Of a stretch of 64,000 nt of DNA, positions 1 through 12,918 are shown in pieces. The position numbers and the translations under genes are program-made. The stretch spans positions 66,990,732 through 67,054,731 of the forward strand of contig NC_057718.1 of the NCBI RefSeq assembly GCF_004010195.1, given 5' to 3'. Source of the stretch: Chiloscyllium plagiosum. Its lineage: Eukaryota. The notes below the pieces were generated by a model. It did no database searches and was not told the origin of the DNA. It saw nothing but the letters and a program-made list of their open reading frames with translations. Every line of letters begins with the position of its first letter. Within the stretch, counting starts at the first letter, position 1.

Positions 1-168
1 TAAGAAGGAGTTGGATAGAGCTCTCAAAGATAGTGGAATCAAGGGTTATGGAGATAAGGCAGGAACAGGATACTGATTAGGAATGATCAGCCATGATTAT
101 ATTGAATGGCGGTGCAGGCTCGAAGGGCTGAATGGCCTACTCCTGCACCTATTGTCTATTGTCTATTG
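1..168 (+). mobile_element. CR1 LINE 3' end with microsatellite tail
   Basis: End of ORF2 (..KKELDRALKDSGIKGYGDKAGTGY*), 3' UTR ggctcgaagggctgaatggcctactcctgc, then (tattgtc)n tail. Confidence 0.9.
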
Positions 169-954
169 ACAATGGAAATAAATCAGCAAGTAACCTGAAA
201 AATGTTGAACCTTTTATTTGGCTAGTGCAGGCTTTATAGAGGGCATTAGCTGGAGCATTGATATTGACTACTGTAGTCAAAACAGCATTACACTCTGATT
301 ATTTTCGCAATCTACCTGCTTTGCATTCTTCTGGCACATACTCTTACTTTTCATGCAAGCTCTCTTACAAAAATAGACTTAAGCATGCTTGATACTAGAA
401 ACATAAGTACATGGTACAAACAAAGTATTGTACTCAAAATGACAGCTGCAAGTCAAATAAACAGAAACTACAGAGTTATTTTTTGTGGCCTAATTCTACT
501 AAAGCTCGTTCATCTATTTAGACTTCATCTCTAGCTGCCTTATTGTCATCTATGGAGTACATGAAGGACATCTTTCTTATGCTAGGTTTCATCTTTCATT
601 ATTCTGCCTACTTACATGTTTTTTCCAACTCATAATGCAATTTCTCGGCTGTTTCCTCTGATTTAGCTGCCAATTCTTGTTTAATATCATCTGTCAAATT
701 TAATCAATTAACATTGTATTTCTGAGTCTAAGTCAGTGCATGTGTATTGCTGTGCCTAAACTGGAAAGACAGCAGCACCGGAAGAGAGAATCTGCACAGC
801 CACTAAGTCTGCCATAGAGGGAGCTAGTGTAGTGTCAAGCACCAAGTGGAGGAATGGAGATAACGAGTGTGGATTTAAGCATTTTTATTTATTCATTCAT
901 GAAATGTACATATCACTGACAACTCTGGCAGTTACAAGTTATCTCTAATTAAGA

Positions 955-1860
955 GTAACATTTGCACCACATAAATGCCAGGCAATGGCCACCTCCAATG
1001 TTCAGCACTATTTGTGACTCTTCAGATACTGAAACAGACCATGTTCAAATGCAACAAGACCTGTACAATATCCAAGCTTGTGCTGAAAAGTGGCAAGTAC
1101 CATTTGTGCCATACAAATGCCATTCAATGACCTTCCAATAAGAGACAATCTAACCATCCCCTCTTGAATTCATTGGCATTACCATTGCTGAATCCCCCAC
1201 TGTCAACGTCCTTGCAGTTACCATTGACCTGTATTTATATGGCTCGACTAGACTAGCCATATAAATACAATAGCTACAAGAGCAGGTTGAAGACTAGGAA
1301 TGCTGCGGCAAGTAACTCACTTCCTGACTCCCTAAAGCCTGCCCACCATCTGCAAAGTGCAGATCAGGAATGTGATGAAATACTCCCCACTTGTATGGAT
1401 GAGTGTAATTCCAACAATATTCAAGAAGCTTGACACTATCGAGGATAAAGCAGCTCACCTGATTAGCACCATATCCACTCCCTCCACCTTTGACTTTGAG
1501 TAACAGCTGTGTGTACTATCTACAAGATGCACTTCAGGAATTTACCAAAGATCTTTGGACAGCACCTTCAAAGCCCATGACCATTTCCACCTAGAAAGAG
1601 AAATGCAGCAGATACATAGGAACACCACCACCCACCCAAGTTCCTTCCATGCCAATCAACATCCTTACCTGGAAATATATCACCATTACTTCGCTATCAC
1701 TGGGTCAAAATCCTGGAACTACCTCCCCAACAGCACTGTGCGTCTGCACAATGACTGCAACAGTTCAAGAAGGCTGCTCACCGCCACCTTTAAGGGCAAC
1801 TAGGGATGGGCAATAAATGCTGACCAGAAAGTGACAGCCGTGTCCTATAACTGAATACAT
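955..1860 (+). mobile_element. Decayed 3' part of a second CR1/L2-group LINE family
   Basis: RT C-terminal remnant (gcaacaagacctgtacaatatccaagcttgtgctgaaaagtggcaagta = QQDLYNIQACAEKWQV) and 3' end aagggcaactagggatgggcaataaatgctg; the same family recurs at 43215-43750 and 48045-50990. Confidence 0.75.
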
Positions 1861-2335
1861 TTTTTAGAAAATTACCCTTGAAGAATTGGGAATTAATGAT
1901 GGTGTGCAGTATGAGGAGGGTGGTGGTTAGATTGAATGGAATAGGACAAAGGCCTGGTTAGAACAAGGAAATGAGCCTCTTTAGGTGATCAATGCAGGTT
2001 TGTTCTGTTTTAGGAAAGTAGGTGTTTACATTTCAGGCTAGGGTCGGATAATTTTTTTCAATAGTTGCCACTCTGATGAATAAACTTTAATGGGTAGCTT
2101 TATAATTATTTTCTCTTGTCTTCTTTCAATACTGCAAAAAATGGCGAGGAATGTGTAACAGTCCAAATCACCGTGAACTAGGTGGCGACTGCAGTAAGTC
2201 AGCATCATTGTGCAGCCTACTAGGATGGAGTGTGCAGCATTCAGAATCACAATGAAGCAGACTGGGAGTAGCCAGTTATCATATCTGTGAAGCAGGGTGA
2301 GAGGAGTGTGCAGCTAACAATATAAAGCGTGAAAA

Positions 2336-2640
2336 TCATAGAATCTCTACTGTGCAGAAATAAGCCCTTTGGCCCAACAACCCTCCGAAGAATAACCCAC
2401 CAAGATCTATTCCCCTATCCTATTAACTAATATACCTAATCTACACATCCCTGAACACTATCGGCAATTTAGCATGGCCAATTCACTTAACCTGCAGATC
2501 TTTGGATTGTGGGAGGATACCCATGCGAACACAGGGAGAATGTGCAAACTCTACACAGACAGTTGCCTGAGCCTGGAATCGAACCCAGGTCCCTGGTGCT
2601 GTGAGGCAGCAGTGCTAACCATTGAGCCACCATGCCACCC
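2336..2640 (-). mobile_element. HE1-type tRNA-derived SINE
   Basis: Reverse complement begins gggtggcatggtggctcaatggttagcactgctgcctcacagc with B box ggttcgattcc; central tggccatgctaaattgcc; CR1-like tail. Confidence 0.9.
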
Positions 2641-2644
2641 CAAT

Positions 2645-2969
2645 GAGCTCCTTAAATTAGTGCAAGAGGAGAATGCTGGACCTGGTCTGAAGCATCACAA
2701 GATGGAAATGATGAACTTGGTATAAAGCAATGTATGAGAATAGTGATGAACCCAGTATAAAAGAGTGCAAGTGAAGAACAGTGAATTTGATATAAAGTAG
2801 CGTGTGATAAAATTGGTGAACCCCATATAAAATAGTACAAGAGAAAAGTAGTGAGCCTGGTATGGAGCAGTAGAAAAGGAAAGTGTTGAACTCGTGTACA
2901 GCAGCTCATGAGAAGAATGATGAACTTGGTCTAAAACAGCACATGAGAACAGTGAAGCCAGTAAAAGCC
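2645..2969. repeat. Degenerate ~35-bp minisatellite, about 8-9 units
   Basis: Successive units such as atgaacttggtataaagcaatgtatgagaatagtg / atgaacccagtataaaagagtgcaagtgaagaaca / gtgaatttgatataaagtagcgtgtgataaaattg / gtgaaccccatataaaatagtacaagagaaaagta. Confidence 0.75.
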
Positions 2970-3615
2970 ATGATTTGGAGGAACCGGTGTTGGACTGGGG
3001 TGGACAAAGTTAAAAATCACACAATACCAGATGATAGTCCAACAGGTTTATTTGGAAGCACTAGCTTTCAAAGCACTGCTTCTTCATCAGGTGGTTGTGA
3101 AGCAGGACCATAAGACACATAATTTATAGCTAAAGATTACAGTGTCATGCAGCTGAAATGATATATCGAACAAACCTAGATTGTTAAGTCTTTCATCTTT
3201 TAGAGTGGGTTTGCTGGTTTCGGTTCTTTAATATGTAAATCCCAGAACTTCATTTAAATCACATTCTCAAGATAATTTAAGGTTTTATAACAAAAGGAGA
3301 CATCTCAGCTCAGACAATACCTTCAAATTGTGAGTGTAGAGCCTGTCTGTATCCCAGTCTTGAGTCAGATTGGCTCTATTTCCAAAGTGGAATTTACAAA
3401 ATATTACATGAATTGACGGCCTGCAGGTTCTGCATTTTTTGAGCAAAATAGAATGTATCTGCAAATATAATTCTGCAAATACAAATTCAACCCATAAACT
3501 TATATGTATGTGCACGTGCAGGAGAGAGAGAGAGACAAAGTGAGTGTGTGCAAGCGAAAGATGACTTTGTTGGGATTGTCTATAAATGCTCATACAGTAG
3601 TGGAGATATAAGGGA
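2970..3615 (-). mobile_element. Penelope-like element 3' UTR/pseudo-LTR fragment (family A)
   Basis: Starts atgatttggaggaaccggtgttggactggggtggacaaagt, homologous to inserts at 27610 and 28107; carries a hammerhead core on the minus strand. Confidence 0.7.
3059..3093 (-). ncRNA. Minimal type I hammerhead ribozyme motif (core intact)
   Basis: Minus strand: cac-CUGAUGA-a-gaagc-agu-gcuuu-GAAA-gc-UA-gug. Stem I cac/gug, 5-bp stem II, palindromic AGCU in place of stem III. Confidence 0.7.
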
Positions 3616-5885
3616 TAGCATTAAAGGGGATTAGAGATGCATGCAATAAAGTTACAGCTTTAACCATGTGTGACTTTAATCTACACATAGTTTGGACAAA
3701 TGAAACTAGCAATAATACTGTGGAGGATTTCTAGGATAGATGTCTGATTTTTTTTAGACTAACACATTGAGGAACCAACTAGAAAATAGTTATCCTAGAC
3801 TGGGTGTTGTGCAATGGAAACAAATTCATTAACAATCTTGTTGCACAGAGTTCATTGGGGAAGAGCGACCATAAAAGACTGGAATTATTCATTAAGTTTG
3901 AGAGTGAAATGTAATCCAAAACTAGTGTCCTGAATCCAAAATAAAGGAATTCTGAGGGAATGAACTATGAGTTGGCAAAATGTATTGGGGAACCTTATTA
4001 ATAAGTTGACGGTGGGTAGCCAATAGCTAATATTTAAGGAATGTAGGTATAAATTACAATAGTCATTCATTCCTATTTGGTTCAAAAATAAAACAGGAAT
4101 GTTGCTCAACCATGGATTGCAAAAGCAATTAGGGATAATATTAGATTTGAAGAGGAGACATATAACATTGCCAGAAAAAGCATCAAGCCTTTGGACTGGA
4201 AACAGCTTAGAACTTAGCAAAAGAGGACAAAGAGGTTAAGAGGGGCAAAATAGAATATGGGAATAAACTTACAGGGGCATTAAAAATGACTGTTTAAGAT
4301 TCTATTAATATATAAAGATAAACACTCAAGTGAAGACAAATGTAAGTCCTTCATGGTCAGAAGTGGGGAAGTAGATGATCAGAACCAAAGAAATGGCAGT
4401 GATTTGAATACATATTTTGATTCTGTCATCACAAAAGAGGACACAACTAATTTCAAAATTTCCAGTGAAAAAGAGGAATTGATGAGTATTGGTATTACTA
4501 AAATGGATGTGAAAGAAATTAATGGTGTTAAAAGCTGACAAATCCTCAGGTCCTTATAATCTAAATCCCAGAGCATCAAAGGAATTGGTCCTAGAAATTT
4601 TGGATACATTGGTGGTCATCTTCTAAAATTGTATAAATTCTGGAGCAGTTCCTAGCAATGTAACTCTACTATTTAAAAAGGAAGGAGAGAAAAAAACTAC
4701 AGATCAGTTAGCGTAGCTTCAGCAGCGGGGAAAATATTAGAACTTATTATAAAAGATATGATAACAGAATATTAGGAAAGCATTAATGGGTTGGACAAAG
4801 TCAGCATGGGTTCATGAAAGGGAAGTTATGTTCAAATAATCTACTGGAGTTTTTTTGAGGATGTAATTAGGAAAATAGATAAGGGAGTATCAGTGAATAT
4901 ATTGTATTTGGATTTCGAAAGACCTTTGAAAAAATCCCACATAAAAGGCTGGTCGGCAAAATTAAAGTACACAGGATTGGGGTCAATATTAGCATGGATT
5001 GAGAATTGATTAACTGCTTGGAAACATAATTTATGTATAATATACAAAAGACTTGAATGAAGGAACCCAATGCAATGTTTCAAACTTGTTGATACCACAA
5101 AACTAGATGGGACTGAGTTGTGATGAGGATGCAAGGAAACTTCAGGATGATCCAGACAAATTGAGTATGTAGGCAACTCATGGCAGATATGGTATAATAT
5201 GGAAAATGTGGAATTATACACTTTGATATGAAAAACAGAAAGATGTAGAATTATTTAATTTGTGATATATTAGAAAATGTGATTTCACAAAGGGATCTCA
5301 GTATCCAGGCAGGTACAGCAAGCAGTTTAGGAAAGGAAATGGTATGTTGGCCTTCATTGCAAAGTGGTTTAATTCAGAAGTAGGGATTTCTTACTACAAT
5401 TATTCTGGTGCTTGGAGACAGTACTTTTGCAATATTGTGTGCAGTTTTGATACCCCTACCTAAGAGAGGTTATAGTTGTCATAGATGGAGTTCAGTACAG
5501 GTTCATTAAGCTGATACTGCAAGTGGCAGGACATGCACCACAATTAGTTTGACTGGGCTTGTGTTAATTAGCATTTAGAAAAATGGGAGGGCATCTGATT
5601 GAAACATTTAAAATTTCAACATGGCTAAACAGACTAAATGCAGGGAGGATGTTTCCCTTGGTTCAGGAGTTTCGAACCAATGGCCCCAGTCTTAAAATAG
5701 GCCAATTAAAACTGTGATGTGGAAATATTTCTTCATTCAGAGGATGGTCAATTTGAGGTATTTACCCCCACAGACGTCTATGGAAGCACTGAGTATATTT
5801 AAGAAAGATATTGATACATTTTTAGTTATTAAAGGCATCAAGGGGTATGGAAATAAAGTGGGGTATGGCATTGCGATGAAGATCA
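3616..5885 (+). mobile_element. Old, heavily mutated CR1 LINE (ORF2 endonuclease-RT to 3' end)
   Basis: Remnants such as agtcagcatgggttcatgaaagggaag (SQHGFMKG), tatttggatttcgaaagacctttga (YLDF..AFD) and terminal IKGIKGYG; many stops and frameshifts. Confidence 0.85.
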
Positions 5886-6755
5886 TGGAGAGCTATGGTG
5901 ATACAAAATTCAATTGTCAGGGAGCTGACAAGTGGTTTTTTGGCAGCAAATGAGAATCTCAAGTGGTATGTTTCCTCCCTGATGCCAGGATCAGGGATGT
6001 CTCAGAGCAGCTACAGGGTGTTCTGAAGGGATAGAGTGAACTGCAAGCAGTTGTGGTGCATGTCGGTACCAATGACATCATTTTAAAAAAAGAAATGAGG
6101 TCCTCCAGCAAGGGTTTAGAGAGTTAGGTAATACATTAAAGAAGAAGACTATTAAAATTGTAATCTCTGGATTACTTCCAGTTCCACATGCTACTGATTA
6201 TAGGAATGGGAAAATAGATCAGATGAGCATGTATCTAAAAGGGTGATGTAGGAGGAAAGCCTTTCAATTTCTGGATCACTGGGACAGCTGCTGGGATAGA
6301 TGGGACCTGTACAAGCTGGACCAGTTTTACCTGATCTGATGTGGGTCCAGTATCCTTGCTGGGAGGTTTGCTGGTACACCTGGGGAGGTTTTAAGCTGAT
6401 TTAGCAGGGAGCAGAGCAGATGTAAAGTCAGCAGCAAGATCCAATCAAATATAGAAAGACTAGCATGACAATCGACGAGGTGGAGAAGGAATTGGCAGAA
6501 TAGTGCACAGGGAGGTTCCGGAAAGCTAAAATGTATCCATTTAATGCAAGGAACTTAGCTGAGAAGGCCGATGAACTTAGATATTGATCAGCATGTGGGA
6601 GTATGATATTGTTGCAATTGCTGAGATATGGTTGAAGGAAGAACAGGACTGACTGCTCATCATTCCTAGTATCGAAGTTTCTGGCGGGATGAGAAAGAAG
6701 TAAGACAAGTGGAGCTTTGCATTATTGATAAAGGAAATGGTCACTGCAGTAATGA
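5886..6755 (+). mobile_element. CR1 ORF1 (esterase) remnant and start of ORF2; probable host element continuing at ~10435, 11228-12918 and 15800-16350
   Basis: catgtcggtaccaatgac (HVGTND), gtaatctctggattacttcca (VISGLLP), then gatattgttgcaattgctgagatatggttg (DIVAIAEIWL). Confidence 0.75.
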
Positions 6756-6779
6756 CCTTGCTGGTCACCAGGAGATAGA

Positions 6780-9700
6780 CGACCAGATATATAAGCCAAT
6801 CACAGGGAGGTAGTAACACCTCAGGTACAAGAAAAAGGCAGTTGGGTTACAGTCAGGGGATGGAAAGGGAACCAGCAGGCAGTGCAGGGAACCCCTGCGG
6901 ACATTCCCCTCAATAACAAGTATATCTTTTTGGATACTGTTTGGGGGGAAAAATTATCAGGGTTAAGCCAAAGGATAAATGGTCTCTGGCACAGGGTCTA
7001 TCCCGGTTGTTGAGAAGGGAAGGGGAGAGATGAGCAGAGCAGTAATCATTGGGGACTTCATAGTTAGGGGGACAGATAGGCGGTTCTATGGGAACAAGGG
7101 AGCCCCATGGTTAGTGTGTTTTCTCCCAGGTGCCAGGGGTCGTGATGTCCCAGATTGTGTTTTCAGGATCCTTGCAGAGGAGGGGGAGCAGCTCCAAGTC
7201 ATGGCCCACATAGGCACTAACGTCATAGGTAGGAAAAGGATTGGGGACTTAAGGCAGAACTTCAGGGAGCTAGGGTGGAAGCTTAGTGCTAGAACAAACA
7301 GAGTTGTTATCTCTGGTTTGTTGCCCGTGCCACGTGCTAGTGAGGCAAGGAATAGGGAGCGAGAGGAGTTGGAGTTGAATACATGGCTACTGGGATGGTG
7401 CAGGAGGGAGGGTTTCGGATTCTTGGATAATTGGGGCTCATTCTGGGGTAGGTGGGACCTCTACAAAGAGGATGGTCTACACCTGAATCGGGGGGGGGGG
7501 ATTTGCTAATGCTCTTCAGGAAGGTTTAAACAACTCAGTAGAGGGATGGGGATCTACATTGTAGTTCCAGTATCGAGGAGGTTGAGAGTAGTGAGGTTAG
7601 AAATGAGATTTCAAGATCGCAAGTGTTCACCGGCAAGCAGGAAGGTGATTTGAAATGTGTCTGTTTCAATGCCAGGAGTATCTAGAATAAGATGAGTGAA
7701 CTTGCACCTGGGACTTCGATGTTGTGACCATTTTGGAGACATGGATGGAGCAGGGACATGAATGGTTGTTGCATGTTCCGGGATTTAGATGTTTCATTAA
7801 GAACAGAGAAAATGATAATAGAGGGGGAAGTGTGCCATTGTTAGTCAAGGCCAGTATTATGGTAGCAGAAAGGACATTTGATGAGGACTTATCTACTGAT
7901 GTAGTATGGGCTGAGGTTAGAAACAGGAAGGGAGAGGTCACCCTGAGGGGAGTTTTCTATAGGCTTCCAAATAGTTCCAGAGATGGAGAGGAAAGGATAG
8001 CAAAGATAATTCTGGATAGGAGTGAGAGTAACAGGATAGTTGTTATGGGGTCTTTAACTTTCCAAATGTTGACTGGAAATACTATAGTTTGAGTACTTTA
8101 GATGGGTAGTTTTTGACCAATGTGTCGGATGGTTTCCTGACATAATACATAGACAAGCCAAGAAGGAGTGAGGCCACATTGGATTTGGTATTGGGCAAAG
8201 AACCTGGCCAGGTGTTAGATTTAGAGGTAGGTGAGCACTTTGGTGATAGTGACCACAAATTGGTTATGTTTACTTTAGCGATGGAAAGGGATATGGATAT
8301 ACCACAGGGCAAGAGTGATTGCTCAGGGAAAGGCAATTAGGCAAGATTTAGGATGCATAGGATGGGAAAGGAAATGCTCAAGATGGGCACAATTGAAATG
8401 TGAAGCATATTCAAGGAACAGCTACTGGGGGTCCTTGATAAGTATGTACCTGTCAGGCCGGGAGGAAGTTGTCGAGCAAGGGAGCTATGATGTACTAAAG
8501 AAGTTGAATCTCTTGTCAAGGGGAAGATGAAGGCTTATGTTAGGATGAGACATGAAGGGTCAATTAGGGTGCTTGAGATTTACATGTTCGCCAGGCAAGA
8601 CCTAAAGAGAGAGCTAAGAAGAGCCAGGAGGGGACATGAGAAGTTGTTGGCAGATAGGATCAAGAAAAACCCTAAAGCTTTCTATAGATATATCAGGAAT
8701 AAAAGAATGACTAGAGTAAGATTAGAGCCAATCAATGATAGTAATTGAAAGTTGTGCATGGAATCCAAGGAGATGCGGGAAGCACTAAATGAATACTTTT
8801 CGTCAGTATTCACATTGAAAAAGACAATGCTGTCAAAAATACTAAGATAAGGGCTACTAGACTAGATAGGATTGAAATTCACAAGGAGGAGGTGTTTGCA
8901 ATTATGGAAGGTGTGAAAATAGGTAAGTCCCCTGGGCCGGATGGGATTTATCCTCAGATTCTTTGGGAAGCCACGGAGGAGATTGCAGTGCCTTTGGCTT
9001 TGATTTTATGTTGTCATTGTCTACAGGAATAGTGCCAGAAGACTGGAGGATAGCAAATGTTGTCCCCTTGTTCAAGAAAGGGAGTAGCGACAAACCTGAT
9101 AATTATAGACCAGTGAGCTTTACTTTGGTTGTAGGTAAAATGTTGGAAAAGATTATAAGAGATAGGATTTATAATCATCTAGAGAGGAATAAGTTGATTA
9201 AGGATAGTCAACACAGTTTTGTGAAGGGTAGGTCATGCCTCATAAACCTTATTGAGTTCTTTGAGAAGGTGACCGAACAGATGGATGAGGGTAAAGCAGT
9301 TGATGTGGTGTGTATGGATTTCAGTAAGGCATTTGATAAGGTTTGGAACATGAGATTGAGGGTGATTTAGTGGTTTCGATCAGAAATTGGCTAGATAAAA
9401 GAAGACAGAGTGATTGATGGGAAATGTTCATCCTGGAGTTCAGTTAACAGTGGTCTACCGCAAGGATCTGTTTTGGGGCCACTGCTGTTTCTCATTTTTA
9501 TAAATGACCTTGATGAGGGTGTAGAAGGATGGGTTAGTACATTTGTGGATGATACAAAGGTTGGTGGAGTTGTGGATAGTGCTGAAGGATGTTGCAGGTT
9601 GCAGAGGGGCATAGATAGCTGCAGAGCTGGGCTGAGAGGTGGCAAATGGAGTTTAATGCAGAAAAATGTGAGGTGATTCACTTTGGAAGGAGCAACAAGA

Positions 9701-10432
9701 ATAAAGAGTACTGGGCTAATGGTAAGATTCTTGGCAGTGTAGATGAACAGAGAGATCTCGGTGTCCATGTAAATAGATCCCTGCAAGTCGCCACCCAGGT
9801 TGTTAGGGTTCTGAAGAAGGCATATGGTGTATAGGTTTTACTGGTAGATGGATTGAGTTTTGGAGCCACGAGTTCACGCTGCAGCTGTACAGAACTCTGG
9901 TGCGGCTGATTTTGGAGTATTGCGTACACTTCTGGTCACTGCATTATAGGAAGGATGTGCAAGCTTTGGAAAGGATGCAGAGGAGATTTACTAGGATGTT
10001 GCCTCGTATAGAGTGAAGGTCTTATGAGGAAAGGCTGAGGGACTTGAGGCTTTTTGTTCGAGAGAAGGTTGAAAGGTGACTTAATTGAGGCATATAAGAT
10101 AATCAAAGAGTTAGATAGGGTGGACAGTGAGACCCTTTTTACCTTACATAGTGATGACTTGCACAAGGGGACATAGCTTTAAATTGAGGGGTGATTGATA
10201 AAGGACAGATGTCAGAGGTAGTTTATTTACTCAGAGAGTAGTAGGGGCATAGAATGCACTGCCTGCAATAATAGTAGACTTGCCAAGGGCATTTAAGTGG
10301 TCATTGGATAAACATATGGATGAAAATGGGATAGTGTAGGATAGATAGGCTTCAGATTAGTTCCACAGGTCGGCGCAACATCGAGGGCTGAAGGGCCTGT
10401 ACTCCGCTGTCATGTTCTATGCTATGTGTTCT
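6780..10432 (+). mobile_element. Near full-length CR1/HER1-type LINE, inactivated
   Basis: ORF1 esterase followed by ORF2 pieces in several frames: ETW endonuclease motif, PEDWRIANVVPLFKKG, SQHSFVKGRSCL, DFSKAFDKV, GLPQGSVLGP, FVDDTK; tail gagggctgaagggcctgtac...gttctatg. Confidence 0.93.
6979..7509 (+). pseudogene. CR1 ORF1 SGNH/GDSL esterase-like domain (catalytic motifs mutated)
   Basis: RAVIIGDFIVRG (GDS changed to GDF), HIGTNV (GTND changed), VVISGLLP, DGLHLN; the ORF ends at a G run near 7490. Confidence 0.85.
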
Positions 10433-10511
10433 AAGTGTGAGAGAGGGTTATAGCATAAGGGATTTCAACTTTGCTAACATTAACTGGAATCTTATTGTAA
10501 AATGATCAGAT

Positions 10512-11225
10512 AGAGTCATAGAGATGTACAACATGGAAACAGACCCTTCGGTCCAACCCGTCCATGCCGACCAGATATCCCAACCCAATCTAGTCCCACC
10601 TGCCAGCACCCAGCCCATATCCCTCCAAACCCTTCCTATTCATATACCCATCCAAATGCCTCTTGAATGTTGCAATTGAACCAGACTCCACCACTTCCTC
10701 TGGCAGCTCATTCCATATCCGTACCACCCTCTGTGTGAAAAAGTTGCCCCTTAGGTCTCTTTTATGTCTTTCCCCTCTCACCCTAAACCTATGCCCTCTA
10801 GTTCTGGACTCCCCGATCCCAGGGAAAAGACTTCGCCTATTTACCCGATCCATGCCCCTCATCATTTTGCAAACCTTTATAAGATCACCCCTCAGCCTCC
10901 GATGCTCCTGGGAAAACAGCCTCAACCTGTTCAGCCTTTCCCCATAGCTCAAATCCTCCAATCCTGGCAACATCCTGGTAAATCTTTTCTGAACCCTTTC
11001 AAATTTCACAACATCTTTTTGTTAGGAAGGAGACCAGAATTGCACGCAATATTCCAACAGTAGCCTAACCAATGTCCTGTACAGCCACAACATGACCTCC
11101 CAATTCCTGTACTCAATACTCTGATCAATAAAAGAAAACATACCAAATGCCTTCTTCACTATCCTATCTACCTGCAACTCCACTTTCAAGGAGCTATGAA
11201 CCTGCACTCCAAGTTCTCTTTGTTC
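10512..11225 (-). mobile_element. 5'-truncated CR1 3' fragment, inserted antisense
   Basis: ORFs 11022-11207 (LVRLLLEYCVQFWSP) and 10590-11009 (ERVQKRFTRMLPGLE...GRWD*); tail (tctatgac)-type at ~10512. Confidence 0.92.
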
Positions 11226-11227
11226 AT

Positions 11228-12918
11228 TCAGGAGAGCTTTTTGTTCCAGTATGTAGATTGTCCTACCAGAGATGGCGCAGTGCTACTTCTCATCTGAGGG
11301 AATATGCTGGTCAAGTGGTTGAAGTTTCAGTGGGCGAGCATTTTGGGGATAGTGACCATAACTCTGCAAGTTCTTATGGAAAGAGATAAGAATAATGCAG
11401 AAATTAAGTTCTGGGGGAAGGCCGATGTGAATACCATTAGACAGGATCTGGCTAACATAGTCTGGGAGCAGCTACTTGCTGTTTAGCCCACATTTAGAAA
11501 ATAGGAGTCTTTTAAAAATAGTATTGTGAGAATTCAGGGCCGGCATGTTCCTCTAAAAATGAAGGGCAAATGCAGCAGGTCAAGGGAACACTGCACATCA
11601 AGGGATAATGAAATTTTGTCAAGGAAAGAAAGGAAGCATATGTCAGGCACAGTGCATTAGGGCCAGGGACAGCCCTTCAAAATTATAGAGTATAGGAGGC
11701 AAAGAGGAACCACATTTAACCATCTTTGGCAGATTGGATCAAGAAAAACCCCAGGGCTTTTTATAAGTACATTAAGAGTAAGAGGATAATCAGGGGAAGG
11801 GTGGGACCTATTAGAGACCAAAGGGCAAGGATCCTGAGAACATGGATGAGGATTTTAAATCATCTGTATTCATAGAGGAGACAGACTCTGTAGCTGGGAA
11901 TTTCAGTTGGATTGGCGGGGTTCCAGAACATGTAAAGATTAATAAGGAGGAGGTATTAGATGTTTTAGCAGGCATACAGGTTTGCAAATTCCCAGGGCCT
12001 GATGAGATGTATCCCAGGCTGCTATGGGAGGCAAGGGAGGAGATTGCTGAGACCTTGGCGGAGACATTTAATACTTTGCTGGCCACAAGGTGAAGTGCCA
12101 GATGACTGGAGGATGGCTAATGTGGTTCCTTTGTTCAAGAAGGACAGCAGGGGTAGGCTAGGTAATTACAAACCAGTTAGTTTGATGTCAGTGTTTGGGA
12201 AATTATTGGAAAAAATTCTGAAGGTCAGGATTAATCAATACTTGAAGAGGCATGGATTGATTAGAGATAGTAAGCACAGATTTGTTAGAGGGAGATACTG
12301 TCTGATGAACTCAATTGAGTTTTTGTAAAGGTAACTAAATATATTGATGAGGATAGTGTACATGATGTGGTCCGCATAGATTTCAGTAAGGTCTTAGCCA
12401 AGGTCCTACATGGAAGGCTAATCCAAAAGGTAAGAGCCCATGGGATCCAGGGCAAGTTGGCAAAATTTGGTTACAAATCAGAGACAAATGGTGATGGTGG
12501 AGCATTATTTTTGTAATTGGATGCCTGTGCCCAGTGGTGTACCACAGTCTTCAGGGCTTGGACTGTTACTATTTGTTATGTACATTAATGTTTTGGATGT
12601 GGTATAATTAGTAAGTTTGCAGATGACATAAACATTGGTGGTATTGTTTATAGTTAGGAAGATGTTTCAGGCTACAGCCAGATATTGATCAGCTAAAAAG
12701 ATTGAATGGCAGGTGAATTTAATCCCATTTAGTGTAAGGTGATGCATTTGGTAAGTCTAATAAGGAAAGGACATGAACAATGCACAGTAGGTCTGTAGGG
12801 AGCACTGAGGAACAAAGGGATCTTGGTGTACAAGTCCACAGATTCCTGAATGTGTCAGCACATGTAATTAAGTTGGTGAAGAAGGCATACAGGATGCTTG
12901 CCTTCATTAGCCAGAGAG
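11228..12918 (+). mobile_element. CR1 ORF2 middle part (interrupted by a PLE at ~12920; resumes at 15800)
   Basis: GEHFGDSDHN, PGPDEMYPRLL, PDDWRMANVVPLFKK, FADD, KKAYRMLAFISQ. Confidence 0.88.

Noticed and set aside
2100..2200. Plus-strand pyrimidine tract and GCA|GTAAGT donor-like site
   Set aside because: No convincing acceptor and no recognisable peptide; cannot be supported without RNA data.
2645..2969. CRISPR-like periodic array
   Set aside because: Contiguous degenerate tandem units with no repeat-spacer alternation, no cas genes and a eukaryotic context.
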